Shown: positions 48,547 to 57,118, counted from the stretch's first letter. The stretch: 64,000 nt of DNA from Alphaproteobacteria bacterium (GCA_965232515.1 CBDDPY010000002.1:4608001-4672000), one strand, 5' to 3'. The notes: generated from the sequence alone by a model not told the origin. Numbers and translations: made by a program.

Positions 48547-50181
48547 TCATCCATGTCGCGCGAACTTGAGATGGCAATCGTTCAGTCGGCCTTCGGCGGT
48601 CGTTCCGTGGGCGGCGAGATTGGTGTTCAGCGCGAACGCCTGACCGCGTTCCTCGAACTGGAGATCAATGACGCCGTTCTTGCCGACGCTGGTCTCAAAG
48701 ATCCGCTCCGGCGTCGGTGTCCATTCCCCCGACCGCTTGATCTTGGCCGTCGCCTTCGGTCCGTTGACGTCGAGCGCGAGGTCGAAGAAGACCTTTGTTG
48801 TCTGGCTTATCATGTCGGCAATCTGGCAGACGCCATATGCCTGCCACGTGCCGTCGTAAGGTGATGTCGTTGACCCCGATCGTTCGTTCGCGACCGGTTC
48901 CGGCGCGTTGGCGATCCGGGTGCGTGCCGTGTCGGCGTGACGGCCGTCGGGAAAGGCTTCCAGATAGGCACGGTAGCCGACGGTCGCCTCGCCGGTTTCG
49001 GCGACGTTCCAAAGGCCGTCGTCGTCCTGTGCCGCAGGATCGGCGCGCGCGAGCGCTTTTTCGACCTCATCGATCAAGGCGCGGGCCGTCAGTGCATGCC
49101 GGCCTTGCGGATGGTTTTCGAGATAGCTGCGAAACGCCGCCAGCGTGCCGATCTCCGAGGCGATCCGCCACGCCGCCTCTTCGGCCTCGTCGCGAACCCG
49201 GAGTTGATCGAGGCGTGCCGAGGCGAGCGGCGCAAATCGGCCCGACGGATAGGTGTCGAGGTAAGCCGTGTAGTCACTGGCGCTGCGGCTGTTGCTGATC
49301 GAATCCCAGAAGGCCAGCTCCACGGCCATGTCATTGTCCGGTTCCCGCGCGACGGCGACTTTTTGGGCCGCCTGATCCAGCTGGACCGTCGGTATGAACA
49401 GGAATTCTCCGCCTTCATGGCTGGCCCGACGGATCTCCGAATACTGCGGCGTCTGGTCGGCATTGACGACGACCTGGCGGCTGACCTGCAGGAACAGCTC
49501 GTCCCCGTCGAGGATGTTGTTGTTCTCGCGCAGAGCGCGGAGAAAGGCATTGGCGAAGGTCGAATGGCCGTTGGCGCCGGCGTCCGTCACCGGCTCAAGG
49601 CCGCCGGAAACAAGCGCGGTGCGCGACCGCCGCCCGGCGACGCGCTTGATCCAGGCCTGCCGTTCGAACCCGGTCGCGGGCCGCGCCCTGGCGGTCCGGA
49701 CCAGGGTGCCCGAGAAGCAGCTATCGGCGACGACGATGACGTGCCGCGCGGTCATGCCCTTGAGGCGGCGCGTGAGCGCATCGTTCGCGATCCAGTTCAG
49801 GTCGTTCTCGGGTTCGGCATCGACCGGTAGCCAATAACCCATGCCTGTTTCGCGCTCGAGCGTTCCATGGCCGGCATAGTAGATCAGCAAATTATCGCGC
49901 TCGGTCAGCTCGGCCCGCAGACGGTTGATGGAGCGAAGAGTGTCTTCGCGGGTCGCGTTGTGCAGCAGCGTCACGGTGAAGCCGTATTTGACCCGGAGCA
50001 GCTCGGCTGTCGCCGTCGCGTCGTTGACGGCCGTCTCCAGCTTGGGCAAGTGCTTGTAATCGTTGTTCCCGATGACGAGCGCGTGGTAACGGCCGAATTC
50101 TACATCTTGGACCGCAAGACTCGGGCGTGATAGATAGCAAAAGAGGCATATGATCGCCGCCGCGATCGAAAATATTCGCAT
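48547..50181 (-). CDS. Secreted caspase-like (peptidase C14) protein with C-terminal helical repeats
   Basis: Signal peptide, ALVIGNNDY, YYAGHG and ADSCFSG catalytic dyad, three W...Y/F-xx-YL-xx-(Y/H/F)PxG repeats. Confidence 0.88.
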   Translation of the reverse strand: MRIFSIAAAIICLFCYLSRPSLAVQDVEFGRYHALVIGNNDYKHLPKLETAVNDATATAELLRVKYGFTVTLLHNATREDTLRSINRLRAELTERDNLLIYYAGHGTLERETGMGYWLPVDAEPENDLNWIANDALTRRLKGMTARHVIVVADSCFSGTLVRTARARPATGFERQAWIKRVAGRRSRTALVSGGLEPVTDAGANGHSTFANAFLRALRENNNILDGDELFLQVSRQVVVNADQTPQYSEIRRASHEGGEFLFIPTVQLDQAAQKVAVAREPDNDMAVELAFWDSISNSRSASDYTAYLDTYPSGRFAPLASARLDQLRVRDEAEEAAWRIASEIGTLAAFRSYLENHPQGRHALTARALIDEVEKALARADPAAQDDDGLWNVAETGEATVGYRAYLEAFPDGRHADTARTRIANAPEPVANERSGSTTSPYDGTWQAYGVCQIADMISQTTKVFFDLALDVNGPKATAKIKRSGEWTPTPERIFETSVGKNGVIDLQFEERGQAFALNTNLAAHGTTAEGRLNDCHLKFARHG

Positions 50182-50514
50182 GACTAACGCATCGTGTTAT
50201 TGCGGGAGGATTTGGTATTTTTTCGAGTTCCGCCAATTGTATTTGGCTTAGTGCTATATGATGCTTTCGAACGCGTGTCATATCTGTGAGAAATCAATGT
50301 GAAAGGCCGAGCGCATTCTTGATCGACGGGCGCCGATGGAAGGCGCTGCGGCAGTTCGGATGCGGCTGACCTTTTTCATGCAAATCCGGCGGCAATTTCA
50401 CCGGTTTGTGATGCATTTCACACGGTTCGTCAGCCTGCATCCGTAGATATGAGGGGTCGTGAACCCGCTGTCGGGTCCGACTGCGTGCCGTGCCTGGGCA
50501 ATAGGGGCTGCATT

Positions 50515-51312
50515 ATGAGTTACGACGACGATCGATATCGTAACGAGCTGCGCGAGGCGGATTTGCGCCGAGACGATCTGCGTCAGGATTTTCTTCGCCA
50601 GGAGTGTCTGTTGGACGATCTTCGCTTGGCCGACATTCGACAGGAGCAGATCGATTGGGAATTCCGCCGTGATGACGCCGCGCACGAGCAGCGAGCCGTG
50701 GAGGCCCGCCATGAACACGGCAAAGAGCCGGCGAGATCGGGCGATGTTTCGGGTTTGGCCGGACTATATGGGCTCGACTACCAGCCGGCATTGGCCGATC
50801 GCGACCGCGGGTTGGACCGGTTTCCAGCATTGACGTTGGCGAACATAGATCTGTTTCCGCTGAATGGTGTGACATTGGGCCAGACGACGATCGCTGAGCT
50901 GAGCCAGCTTGGCCAACGCTCGCGCTACATCGACGACCAGACCGGCGAGCCGTTTCGCTGTTATCAGGTGGGCGGCATCAATTTCTGGTATCTCGACGGC
51001 GATGTCGCAGACAGCGTGTTCTTGTCCCACGGCACGACGATTCCGGAGAAATGGCGGAAACTTGGATTTTCCTGGGTTCATTCCTTCGATCGCTACGGAG
51101 AGCTGTTGCGCACGCTCGGTTTCGACGTGGCTGTGACACGGGCGTCGACGACACGTTGGTTCTCGGGCCGGCGATCCTTCTCGGCGGAACTGGAAGGCCG
51201 GCGGAAAGGTCCCGTCGATCTGCGCATCAAATTGGACTTCGATTTCGGCGAGGGCACGACGGCGGAAGACATCGACACGCTGTATTCCATCGATGTGGCG
51301 ATTACCGAATAG
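50515..51312 (+). CDS. Hypothetical protein with a charged repetitive N-terminus and a globular C-terminal domain
   Basis: Open frame divergent from the caspase gene; D/L/R-rich N-terminus; LFPLNGVTLGQTT...IPEKWRKLGFSW domain. Confidence 0.6.
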   Translation: MSYDDDRYRNELREADLRRDDLRQDFLRQECLLDDLRLADIRQEQIDWEFRRDDAAHEQRAVEARHEHGKEPARSGDVSGLAGLYGLDYQPALADRDRGLDRFPALTLANIDLFPLNGVTLGQTTIAELSQLGQRSRYIDDQTGEPFRCYQVGGINFWYLDGDVADSVFLSHGTTIPEKWRKLGFSWVHSFDRYGELLRTLGFDVAVTRASTTRWFSGRRSFSAELEGRRKGPVDLRIKLDFDFGEGTTAEDIDTLYSIDVAITE

Positions 51313-51549
51313 CCGCTGCGCGACCTGTTCCCCTGCGCGCGACCTCCGCTGCGCGGCCGAACGGCAATCATCCAAAAGGCGCAGAAACCTCATCCAAATC
51401 AATTAATCGATCATTTAGGTCGTGCGCCTATGGTTGGGTCGGGACGCCGGTTGGCGCCCGCGGCGATGTGGCATTGGCGCATGCTGCGGTTCCGCCATTC
51501 TGCAGGGCGTTCACATCCGCGACGGCTGCTGTTGGAACGCGACCGCCGA

Positions 51550-52053
51550 TTGAGCGATGGACCTTCCAAGATGGGCGTTTGGGAAGATCAATTGTTCCTC
51601 GATAGTTGCGATGGCCGCATCGCGTCGTTGTACCGCTATTGGACGGCGAAGCGGAGCGGTCGCTCGATGCCTTCGCGTGGGGACATCGATCCGATCGAGA
51701 TGAAGCCGTGGCTTGGTCGCATCGCGTTGATCGATGTGGCCGAGGAGCCGGTGGGGTTGCGTTGGCGGCTTGTCGGCTCGGAATTGACCATCGAGTCTGG
51801 CGTCGATTTGACCGGCAAGCGCGTCGACGAGGCGAGCTATCTGGGTGACTCGACGGTCGCCTATTCAGCGTTGACGGAATTCGCCGCCAGGGGGCTGCCG
51901 CGCTATCGCAACGATCCCTTGACGGCCACGTCGGGCTGGTTTCGAAGCACCGAGCGCCTGTATCTGCCGTTATCGGGCGATGGCAGCCGGGTCGACATGA
52001 TCCTGCTGTACGTGTTGAACGATATTCTTGTCGATCCCTACGATCGCGGCTGA
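51550..52053 (+). CDS. PAS_5 (DUF1457) stand-alone PAS protein
   Basis: LYRYWTAKR...MPSRGDIDPIEM, RWRLVGS, ERLYLPLSGDG; start uncertain. Confidence 0.85.
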   Translation: MSDGPSKMGVWEDQLFLDSCDGRIASLYRYWTAKRSGRSMPSRGDIDPIEMKPWLGRIALIDVAEEPVGLRWRLVGSELTIESGVDLTGKRVDEASYLGDSTVAYSALTEFAARGLPRYRNDPLTATSGWFRSTERLYLPLSGDGSRVDMILLYVLNDILVDPYDRG

Positions 52054-52070
52054 CCCGGCCGCAATCCCCC

Positions 52071-53348
52071 TCAATTCGGATCCGTCCTGTTGCGCGGACC
52101 GCTGAATTCATAGGCACCGATGTCCGGATCGCCGTCGCGTCCGCGCAGCGCGCCGGCCGCGTCGCGCCGGACGGCGTCGGGAAGATGAACGCCGCGATCG
52201 ATCAATTCATGCGCCGTCGCGCGCAGACGCAGGTCGCGTTGTTGCGCATTCACGAATGTCCGCTCGGCCAGACCAATATCCAGCACGTGATTTTGACGCT
52301 TGTCGACCTGCATGCCGGCATGTGTTTCGATCGCATGGCCAAGAACGTTGTTCCGAATGGCGACGCGGCTGACGGCCTTTGGATTGCGGCCGTCAATGGC
52401 GACGAGGATCGACTGGCCATTGGCGAACAGCGTGTTGTGGTCGACGCGGCCGCCATCGACATTGACCACGGCGATGCCGATCTCGGTCGAATCGACGACA
52501 ACGTTGTTGACGACCCGTCCACCGATATGCCCAGGCGTCTCGAGGCCCTCGCCACCGAAGACGATGCCGATATGGCATCGCGCCACCCGGTTTCCGGCGA
52601 TCAGGGTTCCGGTTGATGCGCTCTTGAGCTGAATGCAAGCGCCACGGTCGAAGCGGGAATGGGATTGCTCGGTCGGGCGACGGATGTCGTGCAGGTGGTT
52701 GCCGATGATCTGGAACCGGTCGCAGCGATTGCAGTCGATGCCTTGAAAGTTCCCGCCGCCCGGATGACTCGTATGGAAGATCTCGTTTCCACGCAGGACG
52801 ATGTCTCGGGGCCGGTCCCGCGGGTCGCCGCTGCCCGAGCCTTTGATTTCGGCATGGCTGTTAAGGGGACGGCGCCGGTGGTTGTCAAAGATTCGGTTGC
52901 TATCGAGCGTGATATGCGCGGCGCCCCTGTCGAAGAACACGCCGTGATAACCCCCGCCCGTGATGTCGAGATGCCGGATTTCGATGTGCCGGGCGCGGCT
53001 GAACTTCACGGTGATGTTGGCGCCACGGCCATCGATGACGGCGCTGCCCGGCCCGTCGCGAGCCCGCAGCACGATCGGCGCATCGCGGCTGCCTGAATTG
53101 CCGTCGGTGAAGCGCAACGTGCCCCGATAGCGACCGGGCAGGATTTCGATGATGTCGCCAGGCCGCGCCTGCCCGATCGCCATCCGCAGCTGCGGCATCG
53201 TCGCAACGGTCACGGCAGTGTCCGCTTCGCCGGTGGCGACCGGCGTCGTCCCGATGGCAAGGGCGAGCAGAAATGGACCGCCAGCGCGAAGGCGTTGGTG
53301 AAGGTGTTTCGCGGATAGAAATCGATCCACGCTCGATCCCATTGCCAT
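52071..53348 (-). CDS. Exported right-handed parallel beta-helix protein (pectin lyase-like fold)
   Basis: ARPGDIIEILPGRY, PIVLRA, repeated I-x-x-N-x-I ladders, C-terminal PDIGAYE. Confidence 0.82.
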   Translation of the reverse strand: MAMGSSVDRFLSAKHLHQRLRAGGPFLLALAIGTTPVATGEADTAVTVATMPQLRMAIGQARPGDIIEILPGRYRGTLRFTDGNSGSRDAPIVLRARDGPGSAVIDGRGANITVKFSRARHIEIRHLDITGGGYHGVFFDRGAAHITLDSNRIFDNHRRRPLNSHAEIKGSGSGDPRDRPRDIVLRGNEIFHTSHPGGGNFQGIDCNRCDRFQIIGNHLHDIRRPTEQSHSRFDRGACIQLKSASTGTLIAGNRVARCHIGIVFGGEGLETPGHIGGRVVNNVVVDSTEIGIAVVNVDGGRVDHNTLFANGQSILVAIDGRNPKAVSRVAIRNNVLGHAIETHAGMQVDKRQNHVLDIGLAERTFVNAQQRDLRLRATAHELIDRGVHLPDAVRRDAAGALRGRDGDPDIGAYEFSGPRNRTDPN

Positions 53349-53380
53349 GCGGTGACCGCAACCGTTCGGCATGATGCGAA

Positions 53381-53854
53381 TTAGGGCGGCGTTCGGCAAT
53401 CACATAGCCGGCTGGACTGTCGGCGCAGGATGGCCGCCTCGCCAGTCATGGCGATGGCGATGCTGAGTGCCAGGGTCGAGCGGCCCTGCGGGTTGCTGCG
53501 GTGGTACCGGAGCATGCGCGCCAGGCGCAGCAGGATATGCCGCGTCCAGTCCCGACCGATATCATTGTCTACGGTGAGCAGATCGCGATCGAGATGTTGC
53601 GGCCACAACGGCGGCAGGTCGCGCGCTCGGTCGTAGAATGCAGCCGCGGCGCGGATGCGTCGCTTGCGCGCCGCCAGGCCCTGGGCGCGCGCCTGGGCGG
53701 AGGCGATGGCGACATGCGGCGAGACGCCGCGGCGCAGCAGACCTGAAACCAGTCCCGGATTTGGCGTCGGAACGGCAGCGTCGCCGTCCGAGGCCGTTTC
53801 CGGCGGATTGCCGTTCGTATCACGAGCGGCGGTGGCGGCGGTCTTGGTCATCAT
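53381..53854 (-). CDS. DUF6477-like protein (GTA-regulon-associated family; tentative)
   Basis: RIRAAAAFYDRARDLPPLWP...RHILLRLARML...IAMTGEAAIL resembles remembered DUF6477 patterns (YxRxRxL; IAMxGEA). Confidence 0.55.
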   Translation of the reverse strand: MMTKTAATAARDTNGNPPETASDGDAAVPTPNPGLVSGLLRRGVSPHVAIASAQARAQGLAARKRRIRAAAAFYDRARDLPPLWPQHLDRDLLTVDNDIGRDWTRHILLRLARMLRYHRSNPQGRSTLALSIAIAMTGEAAILRRQSSRLCDCRTPP

Positions 53855-53878
53855 TGGCCCCCCGGCAGCGTCAAGGCA

Positions 53879-54313
53879 TCAGGCGTGGATGGCGACGACG
53901 CTTTGGCTCGACGAAACGGCGCGCCGATCAAGCGTGCGGCGTAGATAGCCCTGCAGGCAGGAAATCACGCCTGCTTTCGTCCCGTCATGGTGCGGGCTGG
54001 GATCGTCGAACACTCGCCAGGGGATGCCGAGGGTAGTGGCAACGCGTTTCATCACCTGCGGGGAAACGGCGATCGGCGAGCGGTGGCGCGGCAGATCGAT
54101 GTCCGGATTATCCTGCAGAAAATCGGCACGCAGTTCGGGATCGGCGAGAAAATGACCGCAGGCGCAGCCGGGCGTGCCGCAGAAATGAAAGACGAATGCA
54201 TGGTCGTAGGTCTCGGACCGCTCGATGGTGGCAATCAGTCGTTGCAGTCGTTGGCGGCGTCGGATGCTCTCGGGATCGATGTTTGGAATGTCGCGAGGGT
54301 CGATCATTCGCAT
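53879..54313 (-). CDS. Phage-type hypothetical protein with HFCGTPGCACGH motif
   Basis: CGTxxCxxGH motif typical of phage early-region ORFs; first gene after the leftward promoter. Confidence 0.6.
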   Translation of the reverse strand: MRMIDPRDIPNIDPESIRRRQRLQRLIATIERSETYDHAFVFHFCGTPGCACGHFLADPELRADFLQDNPDIDLPRHRSPIAVSPQVMKRVATTLGIPWRVFDDPSPHHDGTKAGVISCLQGYLRRTLDRRAVSSSQSVVAIHA

Positions 54314-54466
54314 GAGGCAGGTTTCCCATTCTTGCGCTGCTGTTCCGGCGCCGGCGCGTTTTCGTCGCACGTGCGCCGCTGAATAGCTGGCCGCATTGGT
54401 GTGGCCGATCTATGGCCGTTGCGTGGCGGCAAGATGCCCGTCCCGGTTTCGGGCGGCTGTGATATA

Positions 54467-54517
54467 TGTGTAGCATAGTTATGCGGTATACGCAAATGAT
54501 AATCGCATAATTATGCG
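54467..54517 (-). promoter_or_regulatory. Leftward promoter (PL-like) with two repressor operators
   Basis: Minus strand TTGCGT-N17-TACACA; operator GCATAGTTATGC (54473-54484) in the spacer and CGCATAATTATGCG (54504-54517) upstream. Confidence 0.7.
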
Positions 54518-54585
54518 TTATTGAGTTCCAGATATCGCGCGCGCCGCGTGACGGCGGCACGCGTCAGGACTGAATCGGGAGAGAT

Positions 54586-55188
54586 CTATCGCCGTCTGGG
54601 CTTGTAGACCCAGCGGACGACGGCGCCGTTGCGGATAATCACATCTTCGATTTCGGGCGCGTTGTACGAAGCCAGGCTGAACAGGCCCGGCCGGGTTCCG
54701 CGGCGGACCTGTTTCAGAAACCTTCGGCCGTCGTTGAGCTCGACGATACAGTCTTCACCAAGCAGTTCACTGAGGTCCTGCACCGGAATCTCGTCGAAGA
54801 AGATGATGTCGCGGTCCTTGTAAACGGGATACATGGACTGCCCGCGAATGATCGCGGCCTCGGTGCCGACGGGACCTTCTGCCTCGTCGATGCCGTCCGC
54901 ATCATCGAGAGCGAACACCTCTTCGCCGGCTCCGACATAGAACTTCACTTTCACGACCCCAAATGCGCTTTCCTCGCCCAGCAGAGCAGCGACAGAAACG
55001 CCTTGCTGCCGCGCCAGCTTTTCCAAGACTCGGGTCGAAAGAGAGTCGGATAGTCCGTTCAGGAAGTTCCTGATTGCGCCCTCACTGACCCCCGCCGCGT
55101 CGGCCCACGGCTTGTTCTTGAGCTGCCTTCTCTGCATGAACCGGCGCAGAGCGGCACGCCTTCGTTCGGCTTCAATGTTAGCGGACAT
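54586..55188 (-). CDS. CI/LexA-like repressor: XRE HTH plus S24 autopeptidase (RogA-like architecture)
   Basis: WADAAGVSEGAIRNFLNG HTH; VGAG cleavage site, RGQSMYP catalytic Ser, RFLKQ catalytic Lys, LASYNAP. Confidence 0.9.
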   Translation of the reverse strand: MSANIEAERRRAALRRFMQRRQLKNKPWADAAGVSEGAIRNFLNGLSDSLSTRVLEKLARQQGVSVAALLGEESAFGVVKVKFYVGAGEEVFALDDADGIDEAEGPVGTEAAIIRGQSMYPVYKDRDIIFFDEIPVQDLSELLGEDCIVELNDGRRFLKQVRRGTRPGLFSLASYNAPEIEDVIIRNGAVVRWVYKPRRR

Positions 55189-55211
55189 AGTGAAGGAAAC
55201 AATAGGCGGGT

Positions 55212-55280
55212 GCGCATAATTATGCGCTAGCATATTTATGCGAAATATCGGTTGAAATCGCATTTATATGCGATTATTTC
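55212..55280 (+). promoter_or_regulatory. Rightward promoter (PR-like) with three repressor operators
   Basis: GCGCATAATTATGCGC (55212-55227), GCATATTTATGC (55230-55241), CGCATTTATATGCG (55259-55272); TTGAAA (55252)-N17-TATTTC brackets the third. Confidence 0.72.
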
Positions 55281-55287
55281 TTTCGTC

Positions 55288-55929
55288 ATGATAGCGAATC
55301 AATCGGTATCCCAGCCATCACCTGCAAATTCGGACCCGATCGCCCGTGGATCGTCCGCGGAACCGGCGGACAACGGGCATGATCCATTCACGACCGTTGC
55401 CGCCGTGATCGCGTTGGAGCCGCGTCAATGTCGTTGGCCGAACGGTGTGCCTGGGCATTCGGGGTTCCATTTCTGCGGTGCGCGGACGGCCGTCGGCGAA
55501 AGCTATTGCGCGGAGCATCTGCGTCGATCCCTGCATCGCTCGGAGCGTCGGACGCCGGAAGCCTTGTATCGCTTGAACAGGGCGCAGCAAGCCGCCGTCA
55601 TGGATGGCGGTCGATCGGACGCCCTTGCCGTTCCGGCAGAGACAAAGACGACGACATCCCGATCGCGGCTTCAGCGACAGCCGCGACAATCCGACGTCAA
55701 TCCGCCGGTTCCGCAGCAGAAGCTGGCACGCGGTGTGCTGCAGCGTCAGTTGTTCGACTTTCTCAGGCGACAGCCTCGCGGGGTCGATCTCGCACCGGCC
55801 CGCGACATCGCGCAGCAACTGGACTTGAAACCGGAAACCGTGCGCGGCCAGCTCAGCCGGTTCGAGGCGCGGGGTTGGATCCGGCGCCAACCGTTCGATC
55901 TGCTGCACGATCCCACTGCCGCGACGTGA
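55288..55929 (+). CDS. GcrA C-terminal-like domain fused to a C-terminal winged HTH; putative transcription activator
   Basis: LEPRQCRWPNG...FHFCG...SYCAEH GcrA signature near the N-terminus; LQRQLFDFL...ARDIAQQLDLKPETVRGQLSRFEARGWIRR wHTH at the C-terminus. Confidence 0.8.
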   Translation: MIANQSVSQPSPANSDPIARGSSAEPADNGHDPFTTVAAVIALEPRQCRWPNGVPGHSGFHFCGARTAVGESYCAEHLRRSLHRSERRTPEALYRLNRAQQAAVMDGGRSDALAVPAETKTTTSRSRLQRQPRQSDVNPPVPQQKLARGVLQRQLFDFLRRQPRGVDLAPARDIAQQLDLKPETVRGQLSRFEARGWIRRQPFDLLHDPTAAT

Positions 55930-56132
55930 GCCGGACGATGTTGTCATCATTGCTCGGCAAACGCGCCGGCCAGAGCCCGGCCACCGCCGAAGATATCCGT
56001 GAGATGGCCCAGCGCGCCTGGCGTCAGAAGGGACTGGCGCTGATCGATCCGGCCGATGTGCCGGACCCGTTCGCGCGCCAGGCCATCATCAACGAAGCCG
56101 AACGCCTCTATGGCGAACGATTGGAGGCGTAG
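55926..56132 (+). CDS. Small phage-type hypothetical protein (68 aa)
   Basis: GTG start overlaps the upstream TGA (GTGA coupling); SSLLG...AWRQKGLALIDP...QAIINEAERLYG. Confidence 0.65.
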   Translation: MSRTMLSSLLGKRAGQSPATAEDIREMAQRAWRQKGLALIDPADVPDPFARQAIINEAERLYGERLEA

Positions 56133-56204
56133 GGACGTGGGCGAAAGCGAGCAATTCCGGCTGATGCCCCGGGGCGCCTGTCATGCGGACGACGGAGCAT
56201 CGGC

Positions 56205-56861
56205 ATGAAAGCTGGCGCAGACAGGCCGCGACGGCCGGGCAACGCGAACCTCGATACGGCCACCGATGAGCGGGTTTCGCGCGCATCCGCTGCGGCCGAG
56301 AAGATCCGACGGGACGACCGGGCGCGTCAGAAACGATCCGATGAGATGACGCCGCTCGACTGGCGGGCACGGCACGATCCGCTGGGCGGCAAGCAGCGCG
56401 CCGTCGTCCGCCACGGCCTGACCATGGCGGACGCTCACGGCACGATTTCGCACCCGCACCGGGTCTTCGACACGCTGGCCGCGCTGCATCGCCGCGGCGC
56501 CATCGACGATCCGGCCTATGCCGCCGGCGAGCGCTTTCGAAACGACTGGGAACGGGCGCATCTCGACCCCTTGCATTCGCCGGCGCTGGATCGGGTGCTG
56601 GGCGCCAGTGGGGGTGGTGGCGAGCACATTTCCGAACGGGCGGCGCGGGCGCGTGACGAAATCTGGCAGGCGTTGCAGGCGCTGGGCGGTCATGCCACGC
56701 CGATCGGCTCGGCCGCCTGGCACGTTCTCGGCTTTGGCCTAACGATAAAGGACTTCGCCGGCCGGACCCAACTCGGCCAAGGACGCGCGCTTGACGAACG
56801 TACGGCGCGGGGGCTGGTGATCGGCGCCTGCTGCGTGCTGGCCGGCCATTACGGGACGTGA
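56205..56861 (+). CDS. DUF6456-like protein (GafZ / GafA C-terminal type activator-antiterminator)
   Basis: LAALHRRGAIDDPAYAAGERFRNDWERA...AARARDEIWQALQALG...GLTI...VLAGHYG matches the remembered DUF6456 pattern; GGAG RBS. Confidence 0.78.
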   Translation: MKAGADRPRRPGNANLDTATDERVSRASAAAEKIRRDDRARQKRSDEMTPLDWRARHDPLGGKQRAVVRHGLTMADAHGTISHPHRVFDTLAALHRRGAIDDPAYAAGERFRNDWERAHLDPLHSPALDRVLGASGGGGEHISERAARARDEIWQALQALGGHATPIGSAAWHVLGFGLTIKDFAGRTQLGQGRALDERTARGLVIGACCVLAGHYGT

Positions 56862-56899
56862 TATGCAATCCCGTCTTTTGGTCTGACGGAGTTGCCGGC

Positions 56900-57118
56900 A
56901 TGAAGGTGACGATCGAATACTGCGTCCAGTGAAACTACGAACCGAATGCTCTCCGTGCGAGGGACCGGCTGGTGGAGAAGGCGGGCGCCGAGGTTGAGTT
57001 CATCAAATCCGGCGGCGGTGTTTTCGAGATCACCGTGGACGGCGCCTTGCGGTTCTCGAAGAAGCAGCTCGGCCGTTTTCCGACCGACGAAGAGGTCGAT
57101 GCGCTGATACCCAACTGA
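56900..57118 (+). CDS. Rdx/SelW-SelT-SelH family selenoprotein (72 aa, Sec at codon 11)
   Basis: MKVTIEYCVQ[TGA 56930-56932]NYEPNA...SGGGVFEITVDG...FSKKQLGRFP; both halves match the Rdx family across the TGA; GGAG RBS; downstream hairpin. Confidence 0.9.

Noticed and set aside
53381-56861. Complete prophage or satellite
   Set aside because: No integrase, att repeats, replication, packaging or structural genes seen; flanks are host-type genes
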